Assembly (NCBI GenBank): GCA_046262515.1 | Contig: JBHEMP010000070.1 | Coordinates: 1 to 45,981 of the forward strand | Reading direction: 5' to 3' | Source of the DNA: Candidatus Dormibacteria bacterium | Lineage (GTDB): Bacteria; Chloroflexota; Dormibacteria; DASZGP01 | Length of the DNA stretch: 45,981 nucleotides | Shown here: positions 18,220 through 30,572 of the stretch, in pieces | Layout: each line of letters starts with the position of its first letter | How positions within the stretch are numbered: the stretch's first letter is position 1 | The notes under the pieces: generated by a model | The model's database searches: none | Seen by the model: only the letters and a program-made list of their open reading frames with translations | Told to the model about the DNA's origin: nothing | Position numbers and translations under genes: made by a program

Positions 18220-18430
18220 GCCGGGATCCACCGATCGGGGCGCGGCAGGTTTGGATGATGGACGTTCGAGTTGAAGGAGCCGCGGGCACCCGCTTGCGGG
18301 TGGCACCGGACTGAGCGCACCTCTAGGTGCGGGAAGGAGGCGCGCAACCCCGCCCAGCGGGCGAAGCCGGCGACGCCCAAATCGGGCGTTCAGCGCCGGA
18401 AATGCAAGCTCGGATCGGTGGATCCCGGCT
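18219..18430. mobile_element. MITE-like or structured repeat element with 18-bp terminal inverted repeats
   Basis: AGCCGGGATCCACCGATC (18219-18236) is the exact reverse complement of 18413-18430; about five internal hairpins; partial second copy at 13215-13274. Mobility is not demonstrated. Confidence 0.55.
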
Positions 18431-18456
18431 ACGACCAACGTGCCCGGGAGCCGGTC

Positions 18457-19965
18457 CTGAGTCTGCGCGCGCGCCTCTCGGCGTTGAGCGTCGCCCTCCT
18501 GCTACTGCTGCTGGTTCTGGGCGGGCTGGCTTCATACCTCGCACTGGGGACCTACCAGCGGATCAACGAGGCGCAGTCCCTGGACCGGCGGTACGACGTC
18601 ACGCTGCGCGAGTTCCGGGCTTCCGCGGGGGGGGCGGTGCGGCCCGGCGTGGCTGCCTGCGCCGCCAACCGGCTGGGAGGCCGGAGTTCAGTCCTCGGCG
18701 GCGGTCTGTCGGTCGGGTTCGCGCAGGAATGCCTGGCCCCGGCATTCGCCGGGCCCCAGGTGACGGCGCTGATCGTCGCCCCGGATGGCGCCGTGCTGGC
18801 CTGCGCCACCGCCGCCTCAACCGGGAACTCGTGCGATCCGGCCTCGGCGGGGATCCCGATCCTGACAGCGGGGCAGTATGTCGCCGCGGCCCGCGGAGCC
18901 CCGCGTGCCTACTACCGTGTGGGGACGGGGTCTGATGAGCGCCTGGTTGTGTCGCGTCGGTTCCCCGCCTCTGGGCGGGTACTTGCCGTCGTCCAGCTGA
19001 GCGAGTCGACGGCGACGCTGCAACAGACGCAGCGTGCGCTGCTGGGCGTCCTGGGGGTCGCCGGCGCGGCCCTGGCGCTACTGGCCGTGGCCGTGACCCC
19101 GCTCCTGGTCGGTCGGGCGCTCAGGCCCCTGCGCCGGGTCACCGACGCCTCCACCGCGCTGGCGGCCGGCGACTTGGACCGCAGGGTCGATGTCCCTGCG
19201 ACCCACGACGAGGTGGGACAGCTGGCGCGAGCCTTCAACGACATGGCAAGCGCCATCCAGCGCGCCCTGCACGTGCGGGAGGAGAGCGAGTCCGGCATGC
19301 GGACCTTCGTCAGCGACGCCTCCCACGAACTGAGGACCCCCCTGACCACGCTCCAGGGACAACTCGACGTGCTCGCGCGCGGCGCTGCGGGGAGTCCCGG
19401 GGCACTGGAGAATTCGCTGGCCTCTATGCGTCGCGAGGTGACGCGGATGTCCGCCCTGGTGGAGGACCTCCTGACCCTGACCCGGCTGGACAGCCCCGGG
19501 GCGCGGCGACAGCGAACCATCGTCGACCTTGACCGCCTGGTCGCGGAGACCGTTGACGAGCAGTCGGTCCGATTCCCGGACCAGCATGTCGAGGTCGAGG
19601 CCGCATCGCCCGGATTGCTCCTGGTCGAGGGCGACCGCGAGGAGCTGCGTCGCCTGGTCCTCAACCTGGCCACCAACGCCGCCAAATACGCGCCTGGCGG
19701 CGTCCATCGCTGGCGAACCGCGCGCATCGGCGAAAGGGCGATCATGACCCTGACGGACGAGGGACCCGGGATCAGCCCCGAAGCGATCTCTCGCGTGTTC
19801 GACCGGTTCTATCGCGGTCCCGCGGAAGCCGGCAGGGTCCCCGGGTCAGGCCTCGGCCTGGCGATCGTGCGGTCCGTTGCCGAGGCGCATGGGGGATCGG
19901 TGGCGGTGAGCAGTACTCCTGAAGGAACCAGGTTCCAGGTCGAGCTCCCTGCCACGGCGCCGTAA
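18457..19965 (+). CDS. HAMP-domain sensor histidine kinase
   Basis: Two TM helices, HAMP (DEVGQLARAFN), DASHELRTPL, NLATNAAKY, DEGPG, FDRFY and GSGLGL. Start is probably CTG 18457 (LSLRARL) or GTG 18418. Confidence 0.93.
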   Translation: MSLRARLSALSVALLLLLLVLGGLASYLALGTYQRINEAQSLDRRYDVTLREFRASAGGAVRPGVAACAANRLGGRSSVLGGGLSVGFAQECLAPAFAGPQVTALIVAPDGAVLACATAASTGNSCDPASAGIPILTAGQYVAAARGAPRAYYRVGTGSDERLVVSRRFPASGRVLAVVQLSESTATLQQTQRALLGVLGVAGAALALLAVAVTPLLVGRALRPLRRVTDASTALAAGDLDRRVDVPATHDEVGQLARAFNDMASAIQRALHVREESESGMRTFVSDASHELRTPLTTLQGQLDVLARGAAGSPGALENSLASMRREVTRMSALVEDLLTLTRLDSPGARRQRTIVDLDRLVAETVDEQSVRFPDQHVEVEAASPGLLLVEGDREELRRLVLNLATNAAKYAPGGVHRWRTARIGERAIMTLTDEGPGISPEAISRVFDRFYRGPAEAGRVPGSGLGLAIVRSVAEAHGGSVAVSSTPEGTRFQVELPATAP

Positions 19966-19981
19966 GGGGGTTTGAGGGAGG

Positions 19982-20221
19982 TTAGGTCCCTTGAGCGCCT
20001 TTGAGGACACGGAAGCGCGCCTGGCCGGCGGGGGCAGCCTGCGCCTCGACCAGGTGACCATCCAGGCGCAGGGATCTCGGTACCTGGTCCTCGGGTTCGC
20101 CGACGTCCAGCCACACCTCCAGCGCGGCGCCCCGGTCGAGGCGATCGAGTTCAAGGCGCGCCTTGACGTAGTTCAGCGGGCAGGGCGTTCCCCGCAGGTC
20201 CAATACGGTTGCGGGTGTCAT
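19982..20221 (-). CDS. TusA-family sulfur carrier protein
   Basis: LDLRGTPCPLNYVK (CPxN variant); the real gene is the last 79 aa of the listed 297-aa ORF. Confidence 0.88.
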   Translation of the reverse strand: MTPATVLDLRGTPCPLNYVKARLELDRLDRGAALEVWLDVGEPEDQVPRSLRLDGHLVEAQAAPAGQARFRVLKGAQGT

Positions 20222-20931
20222 CCCTGCGGTAGGTATGGCGCGATCGGGCTCAGCCAGCTGGCAATCTGCGCGAACTGACCCGTGAATATGAGGACCCCCA
20301 CGCCCACTAGCATCGCCCCGGACACACCCTCGACGACGCGCGCCCGGCCGTTGACAGCGCGCAGGACGGGGCGGACGCGCTCCATCAGCACAGCCACCAC
20401 CAGGAAGGGGATCGCCAGCCCGGCGCAATAGAGCAGCATCAGTCCGACTCCCTGCGCCACGTCCTGGGCCACCGCGCGCGAAATGATGAAGCCCAGGATC
20501 GGACCCACGCAGGGGGTCCAGCCAAGCCCGAACGCCACGCCGACCACCAGCGCCGAGAGCGGTCGCCCGCCGGGCAGGCGGTGCGCCATCTGCAGACGTG
20601 CCTCTCGAAAGAGGATCGGGATGCGGAACAGGCCGAGGAACTGCAGCCCCAGGATGATCACCAGCACCGCCACCACCTGCGCAAGCAGGTCCTTGAACCC
20701 GAACGGGAGATTGATGACCAGCACCTTGAACACGCCGAAGAGCGTGACGAAGGCAAGAGTGAAGCCGAGGACGAAGAGAGCCGCGTTTCCCACGAGCCCG
20801 GCGCGCCCCTGCCTTCCCTCCACCCCGGCGCCGCCAAGGTACGCCATGTACCCCGGCACGAGGGCGATCACGCACGGCGAGAGGAAGGAGAGGATGCCAC
20901 CGACGAACGCGGTGGCCACGCTGAAGACCAC
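20218..20931 (-). CDS. ccdA: CcdA/DsbD-type thiol-disulfide transmembrane protein
   Basis: SFLSPCV and GWTPCVGP with about 6 TM helices. Confidence 0.92.
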   Translation of the reverse strand: MVFSVATAFVGGILSFLSPCVIALVPGYMAYLGGAGVEGRQGRAGLVGNAALFVLGFTLAFVTLFGVFKVLVINLPFGFKDLLAQVVAVLVIILGLQFLGLFRIPILFREARLQMAHRLPGGRPLSALVVGVAFGLGWTPCVGPILGFIISRAVAQDVAQGVGLMLLYCAGLAIPFLVVAVLMERVRPVLRAVNGRARVVEGVSGAMLVGVGVLIFTGQFAQIASWLSPIAPYLPQG

Positions 20932-20985
20932 GGCGCGATTTTAGGCGCGGACCGGAGAAGAGCCGCGGGAGATGCGGAAGGTGGC

Positions 20986-21462
20986 CTAGAGCGAAGTGCG
21001 GATGATCGCCGAAACCTGCACCGGGGCCCCCTCGGGGAGCTCGTCGGTCTCCACGACCGAGCGGCGGTGCCTGCCCCGCTCTCCCAGGGCCTGGTAGAGG
21101 GCCTCGGAGGCGCCGTCGGCGACTCGCCCGGGGCTCATGAAGGTCTCACTGCAGCGCACCAGCACATTCAACTGCTGAACCTGGCGCACCCTGTCCAGTG
21201 AGCCCAGTTCCGCCATCAGGAGTGCCAGGAGGTTGTGAACGCAGAGGCGGGCTCCACGGGCCGCGGTACGCACTGAGACGTCGTGGTCCACGGCACCGGT
21301 GTACCGGAGTTCATCCCCCCAGCGGGGTATGACGGACGGTGTGTACAGCATCTCGCCGACCCGACGGACCAGCGCCAGGTCGGCGGCGCGGACGGGGGGC
21401 AGGAACAGGGCTACGTCAGCGACGTCCCCTGTGGCGAGTTCCCCGCGAAGTAGCTCTGCCAT
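20986..21462 (-). CDS. RidA/YjgF-family protein
   Basis: ELGSLDRV, VADGASE, GRHRRS and LPEGAPV. Confidence 0.8.
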   Translation of the reverse strand: MAELLRGELATGDVADVALFLPPVRAADLALVRRVGEMLYTPSVIPRWGDELRYTGAVDHDVSVRTAARGARLCVHNLLALLMAELGSLDRVRQVQQLNVLVRCSETFMSPGRVADGASEALYQALGERGRHRRSVVETDELPEGAPVQVSAIIRTSL

Positions 21463-21567
21463 CGGTCATTCTGACTCTAGGCCGAGACCCGTAAAGAGAC
21501 GATCCGGCTGTGGCAAATTCTTATGAAGGAATGCCAATGGCGCCGGCACATTGCCTCGGGCCCGGGG

Positions 21568-22998
21568 TCAGCCCCTCAGCCGTGTGAGCGCGATGCTGCC
21601 CAGCAAAATGCCCGCGAGCACCAGGACCACGCCTGCGGCGACGGGCAGGGCGATGTTCGGACGCGAGGGTGCGGGGATCTTCGGTCCGGCCGTCGGGCAC
21701 GGCGTCCCAGGAGTCGGGGTCTGGGCATTGCCGGGGCTGGCACTCGCGGCCGACGGGGTGCCGACGACGGCCCCCCCGGCAGTCGGAGCGGGGGCGGGTG
21801 CATTTACACAGATGGGTGTGGAAGGACTCGGGGACGCCGCCGCGGTGGCGGTTGGCGATGCCGGCGCCTGTGTTCCTCCCTGGCAGCTGGGTTCAGGGCA
21901 CACCCCACCCTCAGGCTGTCCCTGGGGCGTCGCCTGCGTATCACTCAGGCTGAAGGCCACGTTCACATTCTTGTCCGGGTTCCACGCGGCGACGACCACG
22001 GTTGCCGGGTTGTCGCGACCGACCGACAGCGCGGTTACGCCCTTCTCGGTGAGTCCTCCGGGGATCGCGGTCCAGGTGCCGCCACGGTCCGAACTGCGCC
22101 AGACCCCGCCGCCGGTGCCGCCTCCCCCGTCACTTCCCGCATACACGATGTTGGGGTCCGCCGGGCTGACGGCGAGGGTTCCGTAGCCCTGGGGGGGGAG
22201 GCTTGACAACTGCCCCCAGCCCTGGCCCCCGTCGTCGCTCTTGAAGACGCCCGCCGAGCCTGCGAGGAACACCGGGCGAGACGAGGCACCCGCGGGCAGG
22301 GGCCCGGCGACCACCGCCGAGACCACCATGTCGGTCGGAAGACCCTGTTTCAATGGAGTCCAGGTCGCGCCAAGGTCCTTGCTCATCACCGCGCGCGAAC
22401 CGGGGTTGCTGATGCCGTCAATGCCTGCGACGAGGACCGCGGGATTGGCGAAGCGCACGAAGGCCACGGTGCTGACATCCATACCGGCCAGCCCTGCCGA
22501 CTGCCAGCTGCGGCCGCCATCAGCGCTCCGGTAGGCGCCGTCGGAGGTGGCTAGGACGAGCGTTCCGACCCCCATCGCGATCGCCCTCACGTTGCGTGCC
22601 CCGGACGAGACGAGACCCTGCGTCGAGCCCTGCCAGGTCTTGCCGTTGTCGAGACTCTTGAAAAACCCCTGCCCGGCGCTGCCCACGTACATCGGCGGCG
22701 GTCCCGATGGCCCCTTCGACGGGTCTATCGCGATCCTCCACAGCCGAGCGGGAAGGACGCCGCCTGGCACCTGGCGCCACAACTTGCCATCGTCGGTGTG
22801 CTGCAACCCCTGGCCGTTGGTCGCGGCCCACGTGGAGGCCGGCGCCGACGGGTCCTGGGCGAGGCTGAAGCTCGGAACCCCTGACGGGAGACTGCCATAA
22901 GAGGTCCACTGAAGGTCCGCCGCGGACGCGGGGATAACCGCCGCGCCGACCAGGACGGCGGACGCGACGGCAAGAAAAACGCGTTTCAGGACAGCCAT
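21568..22998 (-). CDS. Membrane-anchored secreted BNR/Asp-box beta-propeller protein
   Basis: Signal peptide; repeated S-x-D-x-G-x-x-W boxes; Pro/Thr/Ala linker; C-terminal TM helix. TATACT lies 8 nt before ATG 22998. Confidence 0.85.
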   Translation of the reverse strand: MAVLKRVFLAVASAVLVGAAVIPASAADLQWTSYGSLPSGVPSFSLAQDPSAPASTWAATNGQGLQHTDDGKLWRQVPGGVLPARLWRIAIDPSKGPSGPPPMYVGSAGQGFFKSLDNGKTWQGSTQGLVSSGARNVRAIAMGVGTLVLATSDGAYRSADGGRSWQSAGLAGMDVSTVAFVRFANPAVLVAGIDGISNPGSRAVMSKDLGATWTPLKQGLPTDMVVSAVVAGPLPAGASSRPVFLAGSAGVFKSDDGGQGWGQLSSLPPQGYGTLAVSPADPNIVYAGSDGGGGTGGGVWRSSDRGGTWTAIPGGLTEKGVTALSVGRDNPATVVVAAWNPDKNVNVAFSLSDTQATPQGQPEGGVCPEPSCQGGTQAPASPTATAAASPSPSTPICVNAPAPAPTAGGAVVGTPSAASASPGNAQTPTPGTPCPTAGPKIPAPSRPNIALPVAAGVVLVLAGILLGSIALTRLRG

Positions 22999-23073
22999 CC
23001 CGCCCGAGTATAGGGGGGTTACCTCCTGGGCCACGGGCCCTTCACGGCGTGCGTCCAACTCATAATCGATGCC

Positions 23074-24249
23074 GTGCGGGCGCGAGTTTGGACATTCCTG
23101 ACCCAGCCGGAGGTCGTCGACGAGGATCGGCTGCGACTGGTGACCACGCTGCTGATGGCCGCCGGTGGGCTGTTCTTCTTTCGGCTCAAGGCCCTGCCTG
23201 CGCTGGTCGGCTGCCTCGCCGGCGGCGGGGCAGTGCTCGCCGTGCTGTGGGCCGGCTTTCACCGCCTCGGGTTGCGGCCGCTGGGCGGATATTGGCCCGG
23301 GGTGGCGCGCGGCGTTTCCGTGGCACTGCTGCTCTTCTGCCTGCTCCCGCCCGGTCTCCCCTGGGTCCTCGCCGGCTTACTGGGGGCATTGGCGGTGGCG
23401 GTGGAGGGGGTCCAGCGCAAGGCCCTCGTGCCCCTCGCGTTCTCAGGGGTGAGCCTGGCCTGGTTGCTCGCCTGGCTGTGGCAGTCGCGCGCCGGCACGA
23501 CCTATATCGCCCCATTCGACTTTCATGCCATCGACGAGCCGATCACGCTGTGGCTACGCTTCCAGGTCGCCGTGGACCCCGTCAGGGCCTACGCCGGCCA
23601 GGTCGCGGGACCGCTCGGAGCCACCTCCTTCGGGCTGGTCGCGATCTGCGTTCTAGGGCTGTCCTACGCGCGGGCCGTCTCCTGGCACCTCCTGCTGGCC
23701 TTTTACATCCCGGTCCTGGCGATGGTCATCCTGGGACAGCGTCCCATTCCCGTATACGCATTGGATGCCCCCGCGCTGGCATTCGCCGCCCTGGTGGCCG
23801 CGGACGCTCGCCGCCTCCCGCGGAGTGCGGCCTGGCGGGTCGCCATGGGTCTCGGTGCCGGGCTGGTTGCCGCCGGGCTGCTCTATTCGGGGACCGGTTT
23901 CCACGCCTTCGGGATCGGCGTCGTCGCCTGCACCGCGGTGGTGGCGGTGTTCCAGTTCTTCGGGCTGGCCGGTTCGCCCGGGGCCCTCCAGCGTCGCTCC
24001 GAGGCTCGTCGCGACCGCGACCCGGGAACGGGCGACCCGGATGTCGCGGAGCCCGTGCCGCGGCGCACTTCCGCCGTCCAGGTCATCGCCCTCTCCGTAG
24101 CCCTTCCGCTCGGGCTGGTCCTGGTATGGCGCGACGATACTCTGCGGCGCTCCGAACGGTCGGCGCTGGTCACCATGGGCGCGGTCCTCTACTTCCTCGC
24201 CATCGGCCTGGCCCTGGCGTGGTTCTGGTTTCTGCGCATCCCCACTTAG
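23074..24249 (+). CDS. Divergent RnfD/NqrB-like membrane protein
   Basis: LLPPGLPW, GQVAGPLGATS...VSW and FAALVAAD resemble RnfD blocks LPP.LPW, G...GSxGETS...I.W and FFMATD. Confidence 0.6.
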   Translation: MRARVWTFLTQPEVVDEDRLRLVTTLLMAAGGLFFFRLKALPALVGCLAGGGAVLAVLWAGFHRLGLRPLGGYWPGVARGVSVALLLFCLLPPGLPWVLAGLLGALAVAVEGVQRKALVPLAFSGVSLAWLLAWLWQSRAGTTYIAPFDFHAIDEPITLWLRFQVAVDPVRAYAGQVAGPLGATSFGLVAICVLGLSYARAVSWHLLLAFYIPVLAMVILGQRPIPVYALDAPALAFAALVAADARRLPRSAAWRVAMGLGAGLVAAGLLYSGTGFHAFGIGVVACTAVVAVFQFFGLAGSPGALQRRSEARRDRDPGTGDPDVAEPVPRRTSAVQVIALSVALPLGLVLVWRDDTLRRSERSALVTMGAVLYFLAIGLALAWFWFLRIPT

Positions 24250-25421
24250 CTGGCGCAGTTGCCGGTGCCGGCCGGGTTGCGGCGGCCCACCCCAGCGCTG
24301 ACGTCCGGCGCGACTTCAGTGTCGGTGAGGGCATATCCCTCCTGGGGGTTGCTGGTGGAGTTGGCGAAGACGACCCCGAGGACGTGGCCCTGCGAGTCGA
24401 CAAGCGGGCCGCCGGAGTTACCGGGACGGATATTGGCGCTGAGAACGTATATCTCACGCTGGACCTGGGCGTCACCGTAGATGTCACGCCCCTCCGCCTG
24501 GACGCGGGCGCGCACGGCTGCGGCACCCACCACCTCGTCCCCTCCGCCGGGATAGCCAATGGTTGCCCCCGCTGTCCCCCTGGTGCCGTCTCCCTGCAGG
24601 ATCGGCGGCAGGCGCAGTCCGGGTACATAGAGGATCGAGATGTCGCGTTCCGGGTCGAACAGCACCACCCGCGCTGACAGGACCCGGCCGTCCTGGAGCA
24701 ACACCGTGGTGCCGTGGGTCCCTGCCACGACGTGGGCATTGCTGGCGATGTACTCGGGCGCGACAGGGAACCCGCTGCCGAAGACCTCGCCCCCGCAGCC
24801 GAAGCTGCGCACCTTGACGGTGCGGCGCGCGGCGTCGACAACCGCCGGGTTGGTGGCGATCGCCGGGTCCAGGGTCACGGGCCCCGGCAGGTTGGGGTTG
24901 GCGATCGCGTCAAAGACCTTGGGATATGGAACCCCGGCGATGATCTGCTCCACGCCGCCGAGGAAGCCCGGGGGCCGCGGGAACAGGGCATCGATGCGGC
25001 GCAGGATGGCCGACTTTTCAATCGCGCTGGAGATCGGCGGAATAGGCCCTCGCTTGAAGGCAAGCCCGAGGAACCACGAAGTGGCGAGGACCGTGAAGAT
25101 GGAGAACGCGGCGCCCGCCAGTGAATCGAGCTGACCGCGATCGCGCGCCCGGAGCAGACGGACGCGGATCGGCTCACCGGCGGCGTAACCGATGCTGCTC
25201 CCGATGAGCGCGGCGAGGAAGAGGATCAGCAGGGCGATGTACGGGCCATTGGTCGTGCCGGCACTGACAGCCCGCTCCAGCGGCGGGGCCACCAACGCCC
25301 CGATCGCGAGCCCCAGCACGAGCCCGATATAGGAAAGCGAGGAGAGCGAGAAGCCGCGCCGGTAGCCGTTACCAAACGCGATGAAGATGGCGGCCACGAT
25401 GACCAAGTCGAGAAGGTTCAT
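24246..25421 (-). CDS. MarP-family membrane serine protease (CvpA-like TM domain plus trypsin domain)
   Basis: LLDL..GYRRGF N-terminus, NAHVV, RDISIL and GNSGGPL. Confidence 0.9.
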   Translation of the reverse strand: MNLLDLVIVAAIFIAFGNGYRRGFSLSSLSYIGLVLGLAIGALVAPPLERAVSAGTTNGPYIALLILFLAALIGSSIGYAAGEPIRVRLLRARDRGQLDSLAGAAFSIFTVLATSWFLGLAFKRGPIPPISSAIEKSAILRRIDALFPRPPGFLGGVEQIIAGVPYPKVFDAIANPNLPGPVTLDPAIATNPAVVDAARRTVKVRSFGCGGEVFGSGFPVAPEYIASNAHVVAGTHGTTVLLQDGRVLSARVVLFDPERDISILYVPGLRLPPILQGDGTRGTAGATIGYPGGGDEVVGAAAVRARVQAEGRDIYGDAQVQREIYVLSANIRPGNSGGPLVDSQGHVLGVVFANSTSNPQEGYALTDTEVAPDVSAGVGRRNPAGTGNCAS

Positions 25422-25472
25422 GTTGTTCAAGGCTACCCAGCGCGGCGGGCCGGACCTGTGTGGTCGCTGCCC

Positions 25473-28144
<2,672 letters not shown>

Positions 28145-28213
28145 GAGCGTCCCGCCCTGAGGGGGCTAGTGGGCTGGAACGGCGGGATCGCGCAGATCGC
28201 CGTCAGGGGCCAA

Positions 28214-28660
28214 CTATTCGGTTTCGACGTTGAGGTTGACGGTGGCGTGAACGCCATGACCGAGGTCGACCTCGGCCAGCCACGAACCTGCGGCCTTGAT
28301 GGCGTCCGGGAAGCTGATCTTGCGGCGGTCCACGGTGATCCCGTACTGGAGGGAGAGGGCATCGGCGACGTCACCATTGGTGATGGACCCGAAGAGCCTG
28401 CCATCTTCACCCGCGCGCGCGTTGAGACTGATGAACGCGGTACCAAGCTGCTGGGCCAGCAACTCCGCGTCCCCGCGGCCGCGGGCCGCCTTGCGGTCAG
28501 CGCTGCCCTTCATGCGCTCAGAGTGGGCGATCGCTCCCGGCGTGGGCTGGATCGCCAGGCGGCGGGGGAAAAGGAAATTGCGCGCGAAGCCGGGGGCGAC
28601 CTCTTTGACATCACCGCCGCGGGCGGTCCCCTCGACATCCTTCAAGAACAAAACCTTCAT
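28214..28660 (-). CDS. rplI: 50S ribosomal protein L9
   Basis: MKVLF..DV, VAPGFARNFL and GRLFGSIT. Confidence 0.97.
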   Translation of the reverse strand: MKVLFLKDVEGTARGGDVKEVAPGFARNFLFPRRLAIQPTPGAIAHSERMKGSADRKAARGRGDAELLAQQLGTAFISLNARAGEDGRLFGSITNGDVADALSLQYGITVDRRKISFPDAIKAAGSWLAEVDLGHGVHATVNLNVETE

Positions 28661-28668
28661 TGCTTCTC

Positions 28669-29019
28669 CTAACTGACCCGGTCAGACCGCGCGGCGACGG
28701 TCCGCCCGCGGAGGCGGTTGACATCCTGGTGGAAGAGGCTGGTGCCGGCTTCGATGGCCGCCTCGTGCTCCTCGACGAGCTCCCGTGGGGCCCGACCCAC
28801 GCTGAACCGCAGGGCCAAAAGGGTCAGAGCCACCCACTCCATCTGGCCCAGTACCGGGATCCATTCCAGCGGGACCGCCGGCACCCAGACCGCGAACAGC
28901 ACCACGCCGAGTCCGATCTTCCACCAGCGCGGCGTGCGCGGGTCCCGGTACAGGCAATAGACCAGCCGGCCGGACTTTGGCAGGCTCCGTGCCAGCCGGA
29001 AGAGGACCCCGATACTCAT
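28669..29019 (-). CDS. DUF1232/YkvA-like small membrane protein
   Basis: DPRTPRWWK and EWIPVLGQME (degenerate D.IPVLG..DD). Confidence 0.7.
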   Translation of the reverse strand: MSIGVLFRLARSLPKSGRLVYCLYRDPRTPRWWKIGLGVVLFAVWVPAVPLEWIPVLGQMEWVALTLLALRFSVGRAPRELVEEHEAAIEAGTSLFHQDVNRLRGRTVAARSDRVS

Positions 29020-29071
29020 TGTCGTCAGCTCTCAAACCGGGCCCGGAGGAGGAACGCTGCACAGGCCCTGG

Positions 29072-29141
29072 AAACAAAAAACCCCTCCGACGCGTCGGCA
29101 AATCGACGGCCCGGGGGGAGATTCCTCGGCGGAGTATACCA
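29072..29141 (-). promoter_or_regulatory. Extended -10 promoter plus terminator-like leader
   Basis: Minus strand TGG-TATACT (29141-29133), followed by CCCCCC...CCGACGCGTCGGAGGGG-TTTTTTGTTT. Confidence 0.5.
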
Positions 29142-29192
29142 GCGTGCAGCTCGCAAGATGCCGTCCCAGCGGACGCAATTTAGACTCCACCC

Positions 29193-30566
29193 GTGAGCGC
29201 GCTTTTCGACCACGTGGATGCCAACCTCGACCGTTCCCTGGGGGAACTCCTCGAATTGCTCCGGATCCCCAGCGTCAGCGCCCTGCCCGCCCACGCCGGC
29301 GACGTGCGGGCTGCCGCGGAGGCGTCAGCGGATGCCCTCCGCCGTGTCGGCATGGAGAAGGTCCACCTTGCGGAGCACCCCGGCGGCAATCCGGTCGTCC
29401 GGGGGGACTGGTTGGGCGCGGGCCCCGGCGCGCCCACCCTGCTGCTGTATGGCCATTACGACGTCCAGCCGCCCGACCCCCTGGAGCAATGGACCTCGGG
29501 CCCTTTCGACCCGGTGGTCCGCGACGGTCGTATCTACGCTCGCGGCGCGTCAGATAACAAGGGTCAGTACTTCGCCATCCTTAAGGGGCTGGAGGCGGTG
29601 ATGGAGACCACCGGCCGCCTGCCTGTGAACGTCAAGTGGACGATCGAGGGCGAGGAGGAGATCAGCGGCCGGGCACTCTTCGACTACCTCGCCGACCACA
29701 GCGACGAACTCCGCGCGGACGCCGTGTTTGTGGCCGATAACAACTTCCCTCGCGCGGGCCTGCCCGCCGTCCTCACCGGGCTGCGCGGCCTGGTGTACAC
29801 CCAGGTCGAGGTCCAGGGCGCCTCCGCGGACCTGCATTCGGGCACCTACGGCGGAGGCGCGCCGAACCCGCTCAACGCGCTCAGCTGGATCATCGCCGGG
29901 CTCAAGGACGCCGGCGGCCACGTCACCATCCCGGGCTTCTATGACCGTGTTCTAGATCCCTCGACGGAAGAGATCGAGTCCTGGCAGCGCCTCGGCATCG
30001 ACGAGGATGCCTTGCTGCGAAATGAGATCGGCAGCGACAGTCTGTTCGGCGAGGCCGAGTTCGGGCTCCTGCACCGGATCTACGCACGGCCGACACTGGA
30101 CGTCCACGGCATCAGCGGCGGGTTCGTCGGGGACGGACCCAAGACCGTCATCCCAGCCCGGGCGATGGCCAAGATCTCCATGCGCCTGGTGCCGGACCAG
30201 GATCCCCAGGACGTCTTCCGTGCCTTCCGAGCGCGGGTTGAGGAGTTGTGCACGCCGGGGGTCAGGGTGACCGTACGGGAGATGAGCCTGGATGTGCCCG
30301 TCAAGGCCGCGGTCGACGGGAGGGGGGTCCAGGCTGCCGCCCGCGCCTTCCGGCGAGCCTTCGACGTCGAACCCGTCTTTGTTCGAATGGGGGGGAGCAT
30401 CCCCGTGATGGCGGCCTTCCAGGAACACCTCGGCGTGGAACTGATCGCCTCGGGCTTCGGCCTGCCGGACGACCGGCTTCACTCGCCCAACGAGAAGATG
30501 GACATCGCCCAGTTTGCCGGCGGCATCAAGACCAGCGCCGCCCTCCTGGAAGAGCTGGGCGGGTAG
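29193..30566 (+). CDS. M20 family dipeptidase
   Basis: YGHYDVQP, ARGASDNKGQ, EGEEE, DLHSG and LHSPNE. Confidence 0.93.
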   Translation: MSALFDHVDANLDRSLGELLELLRIPSVSALPAHAGDVRAAAEASADALRRVGMEKVHLAEHPGGNPVVRGDWLGAGPGAPTLLLYGHYDVQPPDPLEQWTSGPFDPVVRDGRIYARGASDNKGQYFAILKGLEAVMETTGRLPVNVKWTIEGEEEISGRALFDYLADHSDELRADAVFVADNNFPRAGLPAVLTGLRGLVYTQVEVQGASADLHSGTYGGGAPNPLNALSWIIAGLKDAGGHVTIPGFYDRVLDPSTEEIESWQRLGIDEDALLRNEIGSDSLFGEAEFGLLHRIYARPTLDVHGISGGFVGDGPKTVIPARAMAKISMRLVPDQDPQDVFRAFRARVEELCTPGVRVTVREMSLDVPVKAAVDGRGVQAAARAFRRAFDVEPVFVRMGGSIPVMAAFQEHLGVELIASGFGLPDDRLHSPNEKMDIAQFAGGIKTSAALLEELGG

Positions 30567-30572
30567 GCCGGA

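Noticed and set aside
18271-18456. Long kinase N-terminus starting at TTG 18271
   Set aside because: It runs through the inverted-repeat element and does not look protein-like; a typical kinase start is LSLRARL.
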